Below are positions 53,268-64,000 of a stretch of DNA of 64,000 nucleotides, one piece after another. The stretch is from assembly GCA_905331295.1 (NCBI GenBank), contig CAJNYD010000496.1, positions 62,001 through 126,000 of the forward strand, read 5' to 3'. The DNA is from Rotaria socialis. Its lineage: Eukaryota. Every line of letters starts with the position of its first letter. Position 1 is the first letter of the stretch. The translations under genes were made by a program, and so were the position numbers. Below the pieces are notes generated by a model, which worked only from the letters and a program-made list of their open reading frames with translations, did no database searches and was not told the origin of the DNA.

Positions 53268-54555
53268 ATGGCACTAATGACTAGTCATTTCAAACAATAT
53301 GAGCGAATAAAAAACTCATCAGAGTCTTGTTCCGTTCATCAATGTTCTAGTTTACCGCACAGTATATGTAATCATTGTGATCATCACTTTTGCCATGATC
53401 ATGCGAATGAACACGAAAATCAATGCAGTCAAAGTCGACCACATTTAATCAATACGATCGATAAACTTGGAGTTCGACTATCATCTATTGAACCATACTG
53501 TCTCGAGCAACTTGAACGATGGCGTAACGAAGCTTATCAATCCATAAATCAATACTGCAACAAAAAGTGTTATGATCTTGTTGAAAAAAAGAAACAATAT
53601 CTACAGCAAGAACTTGCTCTTACTCGAGATAAATTAGATGAATCGATCAAAGAACAAGATGAAATGTATAATCAAATTGATCACGATATAAATTTAATAG
53701 AAATAAAACTTGGTTGAGCTTGAACATCTTCGATTAAAACTTCGCCCATTAATTATTGATGAAAATCTAGTTACTTCACAATGTCTTTTTCCATTGGCCC
53801 ATCCAAATTATATGATTCATATCAAATCAGGCAATGAAAGTTCTATTGGTAGTAATGAAAGACATCTTCTCGTTGAACGAGAAGGTAAACATTTATGTTT
53901 ATTGGATCGAAATTTTACTATTGTTAGCGAAATACCATTTTATCATGGTGTTATTCATAGTATTTGTTGGTCATCAGTAATCCATCGATTTATTATTGTT
54001 ACTTTTAAACAAATATTTATTTTTGATGATGAAACAATGGTACTTTCAGAGTGTTCTATATCTGCAAACACAGATTGGTGGCGTTCAACATGTTCCGATG
54101 ATGTTCTATTCTTATCAACTGCAGAATGGGGTTCACCAATTCATGAATTCGATCTTCGAGAATCCTTTCAATTTATAAAGACATGGCATACACCGGCAAC
54201 ATGCGCAATAGATGAAGTTATTTGTGATATTAAATATAGTAATGGCTTTCTAGCAATTCCTATCTTCAATAGACACACAGAAGAAAGTCGTCTTGATTTG
54301 CGTTCCTCTACAACACTCGATTGTATATGGTCAATTCATATTCATGGACGTTGTCGTTGTTGTGCAGTTAATGGCGATCAATGGTTAGCCATTGATCATG
54401 ATGATTGTCGGTTTCTTCATATTTCAGCTGATGGACAACTCTTAAAAACGGATAAATATGATCATCATCAACGGCTTGAAGATGTTGCAACATGGGATGA
54501 AAACACTATTGTCGTTTTAACTAAGAAATCCATAAATTTACATGAAATTCGTTAA
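53268..54555 (+). pseudogene. B-box zinc finger / coiled-coil / beta-propeller-like gene split by a single-base frameshift
   Basis: ORF1 has C-x2-C-x4-C-x2-H plus coiled coil; ORF2 is beta-rich. Deleting one G at 53712 fuses them (..IEIKL-VELEHLRL..). TATAAAAG at about 53217. Confidence 0.7.
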
Positions 54556-54812
54556 TACTATGACATTTAAAAACAATTTTATGATTCAAACCAGTATTTA
54601 ACTTTGTATTAATATATTTAGAAATAAATTACATCAAACCATAGAATTCTAAAGAACACCAATATAATTTAGGAATAGAAACACAATAGAGGCATTAATT
54701 GTCAGTAAAAAAATCAATTACTGCATTACCATTTTAGAACAACATCGAAGAAATGTTTGTTAAAAATCAATTACTTTGTGTTAAGAGAAACATTGATATT
54801 TTGTATTTGTAT

Positions 54813-55036
54813 CCCATGTCAAAAAAATTCGATTAAGAATTCGATTAAAAATCGATTATAATGGCACTATTATAATCTGATTAAAATCGATCTTTCTGAA
54901 AAAAAACTTATGAAAACAAAAGGTTTCGCCATCGAATCTCAAGAAAAGCGCTATTGTCAAGCTATATGATTAAAATCGATTATCAGGTAAGAATCGATTA
55001 AAATCGGATTTTCTCTGTGATTCTTTTTTGCATGGA
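54813..55036. mobile_element. Degenerate CCCATG-ended MITE
   Basis: CCCATGTCAAAAAAA..TTTTTTGCATGGA with AATCGATTA repeats. Confidence 0.6.
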
Positions 55037-56075
55037 AAGAGTAGCTCAATGCTACTCATCAGATTAGTGTGAATGACTATAGATCTCAATTCGATATTTC
55101 TATAAGTACTGTCGATCAACAATATCAATCGCCTTGTGAAGACTAGAAGGTAGATATTCTATACATAGACTACGACTTGTTGGAATGAGCAGTTCTGTTT
55201 AAACATAAAGTCAACGTTGCTTTGATCATGTATAAAATCAATGTTAAATATCTTGTTCGATCAATTGGAATAGCTTCAATCCCCATTTCGTTGCAGGCTT
55301 TTCTTGCCCAAAGTATCGTATTTACTTTTCTTTTTTTGGATATTGTTGTTTGATTGAAATAATATGTAGATCAGTGAATGCACATATGAGTATCTTCTGT
55401 TTCACTTATTCTCAAATAGTTGTAGAATACGATTTCAGAATATTCAATTGTTAAAAAGAAACGACGCATGCAAATGTTTTAATGAAATTCTCTCATAGAT
55501 CACAAGAACGCTTTTACATAATAATCGTCACTGCTCAAATTTTGAGGATTGTTCAGAGAAAAGTGATCTCTAGACATTTTTCGCTGTAACTTGATTAATC
55601 ATGACTTTAGTTATATTATTTGGCACATTTTATTTTCTTACACTCCATTGAACGTAAACTTCAGACTGTCTTTGGAAAAATATGCGTGAATCCAATATAT
55701 CAATCAAAGGCCATTTTGGTATGAATTACTTTTTTGTTTTAACGTCATTCTCGTTCGAAAAAGTTACTTTTACATAGATATTCTTCATTTATCTTTATGA
55801 ACATGTTATATCCGCAATTAGCTCAGAACATATTGTTCCTACGAAGGAACTGTTGAAAAATATTTAATTAGAAAAGAATGATGCTTTTTATTTTCGTTTT
55901 ATGTAGCAGATTGGTGTCAAAGAAAATTATTCTTCTGATAGGAATCAATGTATATTCGAATATGTTAGCTTTATGCTCAACCTAAATTCTCTTGATCTGC
56001 CATTTATGTATCCAATATCACTCCTAGAAGTGTGAATAATCTTGATAAGATTATTTCTCGTTGCAAAAATGAATA

Positions 56076-56408
56076 CCCATGTCGCACAAACCGATCAAAA
56101 ACCGTCGGTTAACCGCGGTCAATTTTTATAAAAATCGGTTAACCGCGGTTGTTTAAGCCATTTTAGCGACTTTACAGCGTAAAAACCAACGGTTAACCGC
56201 GGTTAACCTCCCAATTAACCGGAAAAATAACCGCCAGCTCGCGACATAACCGATGACTTGTCCGGTTAACTGGGAGGTTAACCGCGGTTAACCGTTGGTT
56301 TTTACGCTGTAAAGTCGCTAAAATGGCTTAAATAACCGCGGTCAACCGATTTTTATAAAAATTGACCGCGGTTAACTGACGGTTTTCGATCGGTTTGTGC
56401 GACATGGG
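56076..56408. mobile_element. Young foldback MITE, CCCATGTC termini, TA TSD
   Basis: Near-perfect inverted arms of about 145 bp with GGTTAACCGC repeats; TA on both sides. Confidence 0.93.
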
Positions 56409-56671
56409 TAAACTATTTCCATGGAATAAATTCGTTGATGAATGTATTCGATTCCTTCAATGAATATACTGAAATTTTATTGAACAAAACAACATTGTAA
56501 ATAATTTTTCTTCCTGAAACATTCATGAGGTTAGTGATAGAAATTCCTCTGATCGCCATGCTTCGATTAAATCTTTCTGGAATTTATAAATCATAAATAA
56601 CTTAAAATATCTCAAGAAGAAAATTTTTCGTTCACTTAACGTCTACAAGAGTTCCAACGATAACGTGTACC

Positions 56672-57959
56672 CTACAAACCTCACAGTTTGCTTACATTAT
56701 CTTATCATATAGTTGGTAATATATGAGTGCATAGCTATCTCAGTACACTACACAACTGTAGATGTAATTTGATTTCTTTCTTTATTGTTTTTCTCTTATT
56801 ATATTTTTGTTGAAAAACAGGCAAAAATAACATTCATTATGTTAATGGGTATTGAGAGGTCGCATGAAACCGGATTGTTTAAGATATTTGACTATACTCT
56901 AAATAAAAATTGTTTTCCCGGGAATCCAGGAAAATAGGTTTCCGAGCGTTCGAAAACCCAAATAGGTTTCCAGGCTGATTCCGAAAACCTGAATACGTTT
57001 CCGGACTAATCTCGGATACTTTTAAAAGGTTCTTGGAAAGAAAAAATGCGTTTCATATAGGGACAAAACCGGAAACGCTGAAGGGTTTCCGAAAAAGTGA
57101 CAGGGTTTTTGGATTTTTGGAAACGGATCACTTTTTTCCGGAAACCGCGAAGCGTTTCCGGATTTGTCACTATATGAAACGCTTTAAAGGTTTCTGAAGT
57201 CGGTAAACCCTTTTTTTACTCTCAAAAACCTTTTAAAAGTTTCCAAGGTGAGTCCGGAAACCCTTTCGGGCATAAAAAAGTTCGGAAACCTTTTTGTTGG
57301 TTTCCAAGAAAAAGATTTTTATTTAGAGTGTACAGCATCCAAAATTTGGCTATATAATCTATACGTAGAGAGAAATCTATTGTGGTTTTAAAACCTCACT
57401 CTAGCCCAGTTTCCGAAAACAGACCAAACTATATGAAAGTCTCATAAATCATTCTTGTAATGTGAAAATTAGATCAATCAATTTTGTAAAAGGGAGTGTA
57501 ATAAGAGTTTCAGTTAATATAACAAGGTCCTTTCTACATATACATTCTACAGTTAAAATCTCGATATTGTAGTTTAAGTGCTTTCCGAGAAAACAAGTCT
57601 TTTTCTATCATGCCTCTGTTATCACGTGTCATGATCGTTTCACCAATCACAAATTTTCTCTGCTCTATTTGATTGTATGCAGATATTGGGTTACTAATTG
57701 CTGCAAATGGGCACGTATACCCATTTGCTATTCTTTTTAAATTCTTTCAATCTCTCACTCTATTTGTTATTATTGTATCACGTTTAACATCGTTAAAATA
57801 CCTCATTTTTGGTTACTTTTCAAAAAAATACAATAAGAGAAAAACAATAAAGAAAGAAATCAAATTACATCTACAGTTGTGTAGTGTACGGAGATAGCCA
57901 TGCGCTCATATATTACCAACTATATGATAATACAATCTAAACAAACTGTGAGATTTGCG
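56672..57959. mobile_element. Larger element bounded by about 135-bp inverted repeats
   Basis: 56672-56808 is the reverse complement of 57823-57959 (e.g. TTATCATATAGTTGGTAATATATGAG / CTCATATATTACCAACTATATGATAA); exact termini and TSD unclear. Confidence 0.65.
56895..57330. mobile_element. CAC-ended (CACTA/CMC-like) MITE nested in the previous element
   Basis: TACTCTAAATAAAAAT / ATTTTTATTTAGAGTG, TA TSD, GGAAAC/GTTTCC repeats. Confidence 0.82.
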
Positions 57960-59303
57960 TGGTTTAAATTTTTCTAGTGAGTGGAGAATTCATTGCTTCA
58001 TTCAAATACAAAATATAGATGATTGACAACTACTCAATATTTGAGAGAGCATCAAAATATTGGCTTGACCTCTGTCAATGAGGATACATGAACATCAAAG
58101 AAAATAAATGAAAACTGCACCATATGCACCTAGTTCATTCTCGAATAAAGAATTATAGGTTGAAATGTATTGCTCAGTGAAAAAGCTAGTCATGTCTATT
58201 TACTGAGTGAAAATTTATTCTCCAAAAATAAATCAACGTATGAGCCGTGTAAGCAGAAATACAACAGAAAATAACTGTTATTCCGAAGTGCAATAATTGA
58301 TAGTTTCTCTATCTCTGATATTCACTTGTTTCTTCCTACCTAAAATTGTTTAATACTGACATTCACATGAAAATGATAATCATTACTTAATTTATTCTAG
58401 CACAAAAAGAGATAATTTCACATAAACAAAAAATATCTAATTACAACAAAAGTAGTAATAATACAGGACAGAGAGGGAGAGAAAAACAGTACACTCATAT
58501 CAAAATCAAGAAAAAGATTGCTTCATTCATAACATAGGTTATGTTAAATTAACTTGTATTTGTTAAGTTGATGATAAACATTCTTGGGAAGATCTTAAAC
58601 TTTACACCCAACTAAACATTTGGATTGATATAGTAACAGCTACATTTAAATTTCTATTTTAAAATCAAATATATATTACAATCAACTTATCAAACACCAC
58701 ATAATGAACGAGTTGGTGTATAATTATTTGATCTAGAGAAAAAATATTTACGTTTTTCATTTTTCAACTGTTGTTTTATTTTTCAACTATGATCGAACAA
58801 AAGTTGTTAGGACGTCGATAATTCTTTATTCTTGATCATAACCACAAACCCAGCAAATAATATGTAGAGAACAGAATTTGAAGGATTTAAAGTTTTGGTT
58901 TCAACGATAAAAGCAGCTTGTAGGAAACTTTGAATAATTAAAACTGTAGTGAAGGATCAAATCGAACTATTTATCAATTGTGATGTTAGTTTATACAGCT
59001 TCATATAATTAAGTCAATAACTGGATGAGCAAAGCTGAGCAGGAGCACTAATTTTAATAAACAAAAAAACTAATCATAAATTCCAGTTATCGTTAATGAA
59101 GCGACTCTGAAAAATAAAGAAATCGTTTTAAAAAATGATTTTTAGAAATCCAATATACTTACCATGTTTATAAAGTGGCTCTTACGAGAAAAAAAGAGAG
59201 TAAGAGATAATCGCATAACACACACCCACATACAGAACTAAATTTGATTGACCATTTGATCAATCACAATTCTAACAATATCATTGATATCTGATATGTG
59301 CTG

Positions 59304-59445
59304 TTGTTGGTATTGGGTGATTGCAGCTTGCAGTTGTTGTTGATGCTGGGTAACTTGTGCTTCGAGTTGTTGTTGATGCTGGGTAACTTGTGCTTGGAGT
59401 TGTTGTTGATGTTGGGTAGCTTGTGTTTGGACTTGTTGTTGTAAT
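59304..59445 (-). repeat. 33-bp coding-type tandem repeat (AQVTQHQQQLQ, about 4 units) in a probable exon of a degraded gene
   Basis: ORF 59238-59507 follows a TTTTGCAG acceptor; 11-residue Gln-rich repeat; downstream GTATGT and GTAAGT donors but frames contain stops. Confidence 0.65.
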
Positions 59446-59913
59446 ACCGTGATTTGTGCCTGAAGTTGTTGGGCAGGAAGCTGTGGTCGTGGTGGTATAT
59501 TCTGCAAAATAGATGAAACGTAAATTCTTTTTTGTCCGAAAAGACAAAATAGTCTGTTTCCAGGATATGTAAAACTTTGTAAATATGCGAAAAGACATGA
59601 TTTGAAATGAAAGACTACTTCTAATCTCCCTATTATTAAAATTGAACTTCGATCTATAATGCAAGCATCAGTAGTTTTCAGATTGAAATATACTATGAAT
59701 ACAGATTACTCTATATAACAGAATGACCTTAAGATAGTTGTGTGAACTTATTAGCTATTCGTAAATGAAGTTATCATTTGTTTTAATGGTCATTCTTAAA
59801 AAGGAATCAGATTGAATATGTTGGCTGAAAGAACTTTTTCTAATTTTGCAAAGATTTTCAATTTTTTAAAGGCTTAGATAGATTTAGTAACAAAATCATC
59901 CAACTATATCCAT

Positions 59914-60229
59914 CCCAGGACGAGCTTTACGACGTCCGTATACGGCCGTTTTCTGCCGTATACGACGGTAAATCGCCGTATTACATGGCTCCGTATTACG
60001 ATCGTAAATCTCCGTGTCGTAATACGGTGAAATACGATCAAAAACGACCGTAAAGCGCCGTATTTCGCCGTATACGGCGCGGAGATTTACGATCGTANTC
60101 AAAAACGACCGTAAAGCGCCGTATTTCGCCGTATACGGCACGGAGATTTACGATCGTAATACGGAGCCATGTAATACGGCCAAATACGGCGATTTACCGT
60201 CGTATACGACCGTGTATGTTCGACCTGGG
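59914..60229. mobile_element. CCCAGG-ended MITE related to 35380-35656
   Basis: CCCAGGACGA..TCGACCTGGG with TACGG/CCGTA repeats; TSD not matched; contains an N at 60098. Confidence 0.82.
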
Positions 60230-62134
60230 GCATGCTTGCATTTTATAAGAATGACGTGATGTCAATTATTGAATAAGAAAAAATATGCAAATATGAAGTA
60301 GAATTTATATTTCATATCTTAAGATAATCAGCACTTGAATATTGATAGAATAATAGTGAGTTCCTTGATGAAAAATATTTTCTGCTAAAATAGAAACTTT
60401 TTCATATTATATAATATTTTTTAAGCTCCACTATGTATCAAAGTATTCATCTTAATTGAGACTAAGAGATCGAATAAAGTACGATGGCAAGAGAGTGACG
60501 AAAGAATTACCTTTTGTTTTCTATCCTACACAGAGTCCGTGTTCGTCTCCAGTATTATTGTACCATGCACTGAACTGTACACTAGGACAGGGCGACCCTC
60601 AGTATATCTCGAATAAAAGCGTCAATTATCTATAACATTCCTTCTTTTGATGAAGTGATATATAAATAGAACAGTACTTCTCGGCTGCCACTTGAAGGTC
60701 TGAGCATGTTATTCGCTATTATCTACAAATAATAACGAAATTTTCGCATGAAAACTTCAATAGACATATAAACGATTACATCTACAAGATTTATGCTGTT
60801 AACTATTCTAGGCAAAAATCTTTGTTCAAAATTGTTAAACTAAAACGTTTACTTTTATTGCTCCCATACGACTGAACTTGGTAAACAAAAAAACCAAAAT
60901 GAAATAATCGACAAGAGATAATCAGAATAGGCAAGATAGAAAATGTTTCATTATGCCGATCTATGCCTAGTTTATTAAAGAATAGGCTTTTGTATTTTCG
61001 TAGTTCTTTGTTTATATGCGCCAATGAAAGATACTCATTATATACAATCATACTATTATCTAATCATAAGATGTCATTAGATTATGTCTTACAATTAACG
61101 TTGCTATAAATTATTGACTTTGAAAACTATGCCTTAATCGATAATAAATTATTTTCAACTAATGGGAAGAGTTCGATATAGATTAAGGAATGAATTTCTT
61201 GAAAGTTCTTGTATCATTATATAGTTAAACACTGAAGGAAGCATTTTACCAAACTTAGATGCCTATATACATGTGTGTTAAAAGTCGACCAACAAGTAAA
61301 GTACTTAATAACAACTGATATGTACAAAAAATAGTACGAATACTATATAATAAAACAAAGCGTGATGAATAATTTAATTTTTGAGGTAAAAGAGCCTTTT
61401 GAATTGGTAAAATGGGGGATTCAAATCAGACTGTATATAATTTAAAAGAGAAATTACCAATTATAAAATTCAAACTTGTAAATGATTTGGGAATTGCAAT
61501 AGAAATCGAGGTTAATCGAAGGAACAAAAGAAAAATTATATTACAAATGTTACCCAAAAAAACAATCGAAGTGTGACAGTTGTTAATCCTCTTGTTAAGC
61601 TTCTTGTTCTATAGGTTTCTCGGTTTTCTTATTTAATACGCTTATGACTTTGTTCAATGTTTACTTCATTTCTCAACTTATGAATTTCATCAATCTGATA
61701 TTTACTATACATGTATAAGTAAACAACCATTGCAACAGTTTCCAAGTCACCTGGTTGATTTTTCGATCCAATAATGAATGTTATCATTAAAAAGTAAGCG
61801 AATGTTGCAGCTAACAGGGTTTCACAATGGTCTTAATCTGAGCTTTCATTTTTTGTGACTAATCGTAAGAATAATTTTGAAAAGTCTGAATAATTATTTC
61901 AAAAGACGACAATATTCGTTCAATGGTCAATCAATTCCCTCGTTTAATCATATCATCAGTTTACACGTATACAAAAAGAAATATGCACAAAAAAAAGAAA
62001 TCATTTAAGAAAAAAACCGCAACAAAAAAAAGGGTACAAATAGAAAACAAAAACAATGGCGAAAGCATGATCATCTTTGACCAAAAGCCAATTAACAAAA
62101 AGAAAGTAATTATATACAATAGAAAATATAAAGT

Positions 62135-64000
62135 TCATGCAAACCACATTGTGTTTTCAATCAATGGATTGAAATCGATTTTTGTCGTTAGAACATCATC
62201 TAAAGTAACGACCACATTCTCATCAATCATTGCTTCGTCTAAATCCGAACTAAAATAAAAGATTTCTCTCAGATAAAATTCTAAATACTAAAAACAAAAA
62301 CTTACGCAGCAATACTTCGTTGTTCATTTGCCATTTGTCCTTCATAATCCAGATTAAGACCACGTGAAACACAAAGTGTTGCATAATGAACAGGTGCTGG
62401 AACAGATACAACTTTTGTACATCGAACATCCGTATGACATAAATAATATCTATTCATATTAAAAATTAGTAAGAAGAATTCCTTTGAAATATATATATTG
62501 AAATTCTTACGTTAATTGCTGAATTTCATCGGATGTAAATCCAATTTCATCATATAAAACTTGATAAAGTACTGGTCTTGATGTACCTTGTATAGCTGCA
62601 TGAGAATTAAGATAAAAATCGAATCCATTTGGTGAAACAATATCGGTATCAATAACTGTTCCTGAAATTTAAAAAGTGCAAAACAAAGATTAGAAGTAGA
62701 AAAAAATAACACATCATCAATTCCATGCTCTTACCAGGTTGAACATTATTTGTTTGATTTGAGTTTTTATCCCAAACGAAAAAACGAGTATTGTGTCGTC
62801 TTTTAACCACGACAAAACAAATTTGAGGTAGTTGGTTATGACCATATAGTTCTGCAGATAATAAAATTTCATTTTATTTATCATTATTAGTAAAAACAAC
62901 AAAATAATAGTTACCTTTACATGCCAGTCGAATAGCTCGTAATTCATTGTCAAGTACCTTTTGAAATGATCCATCGTCGACACCAGCTCGATAAAAAACA
63001 AGTTTATTTGGCAAACGTGAATTATGATTAGAGAATTCGCGTAATAATTCACCAACAAGTATATGAAGATCTTTTACTATTTCAAGAGCTATTTTTCCTT
63101 TTGGTGAAAATTGTTGTACAACGCGACCAGCATATTGTGTGCCTATGAGAAAGAAAAACAAATAAACAATAGTTTTTAATTAAAATAATAGCAACAGAAT
63201 CTACAAACTTGTTGAATCTTTTGATCCAATAATAGCAGCTATTGACGGTCGTTCACGTGAACATGTTACATGAGTACAATCAATGCCAAAAAACATAAAT
63301 ACATCTGTACGAGCTGATGGTGACGTTAACGCACGCATTAATGATACAAGTTGGTTAACACCACCTAACTTTGCATTGAATTTTTGAACCAAATTCTTTT
63401 CAAAATTAATTTTATTTAATTAATAGAAAATATCGAGAAAAACATACCTGAATATACATATCCATTTTTCGATTATCACTATTTGACATTAGTCGATCAA
63501 AACGTGTACATTGAGTTACAATACCTTCAAAAAAAAATAGCAGTTATTTAAAGATAGTAAATGGTGAACGAGTTTTACAGAGATGAGCAATTAATTAAAA
63601 TATTAAAACTGAGGAACGAAGATGTAACTAAAAGTTCGAATTCAAATAAATCAGATTTGACGGAGAGCTAAGTATTTGTATTTAAAACAGGGAAGCAAAA
63701 CAAAGTTCACAAAACGCTCAAGTTCGACTGGAGAAAAATATTCATTTTTGAAGTTTAGAACACGATTGATGATCTCTATTAACATACTTCGTTAGATTAT
63801 TCAATAATTTCGGATTTCGAATAGGATATTATCATCAATAGTTGTCCTTATTCTTGTAAGAATGAATATGATACACTATTTAAGAAAACAAATCGTCTTA
63901 CCAAGTTTAACATTTCCAAAAAATTTAATAGCATGATAAATGTCATCACCAACTTGATTAAGCACATAAATAATAACTTCGCATCCACTCATTTTAAGTT
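62135..64000 (-). CDS. Argonaute-family protein, MID-PIWI 3' part (5' end outside the window)
   Basis: [67 protein letters not shown] and C-terminal MWFA* across GT-AG introns. Confidence 0.95.

Noticed and set aside
56076..56408. CRISPR-like or iteron-like repeated GGTTAACCGC units
   Set aside because: No repeat-spacer periodicity or cas genes; these are subterminal repeats of a foldback MITE in eukaryotic DNA.
60039..60157. Tandem duplication of about 59 bp inside a MITE
   Set aside because: The two copies are separated by a single N (60098), typical of an unmerged contig overlap.
60480..61900. Cys-rich and hydrophobic exon-like remnants on the minus strand
   Set aside because: Stops in all frames; cannot assign a product.

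Overview
AT-rich eukaryotic genomic DNA with short (mostly about 50-100 nt) GT-AG introns. The gene content (intronless LDLa/EGF-7TM receptor, F-box/LRR-like and B-box families, bacterial-type genes carrying spliceosomal introns, many MITEs) suggests a bdelloid rotifer; this is inference. Genes in order: three damaged intronless ubiquitin-conjugating E2 copies interleaved with an intact protein-tyrosine/dual-specificity phosphatase, a 1627-codon LDLa-EGF-GPCR, tRNA-Gln(CTG), a small SARAH-like ORF, a type I LRR-like membrane protein, an AI-2E-family transporter, CCDC61, PMPCB, a Fic gene broken by stacked transposons, an F-box/LRR-like pseudogene, a compact co-oriented MMAB-COA3-NME6 cluster, an MBL-fold protein with an in-frame TAG, a frameshifted B-box/propeller gene, a polyQ-repeat exon and the 3' part of an Argonaute with a degenerate catalytic tetrad. 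About 17 non-autonomous DNA transposons (hAT, CCC/CAC-ended CMC-like, Tc1-like, Helentron-like) were delimited, most by TIRs and many by TSDs. The best leads are the operon-like MMAB-COA3 junction, the E2/phosphatase island, the slicer-dead Argonaute and the putative horizontally acquired genes. No clearly new system is demonstrable from sequence alone.
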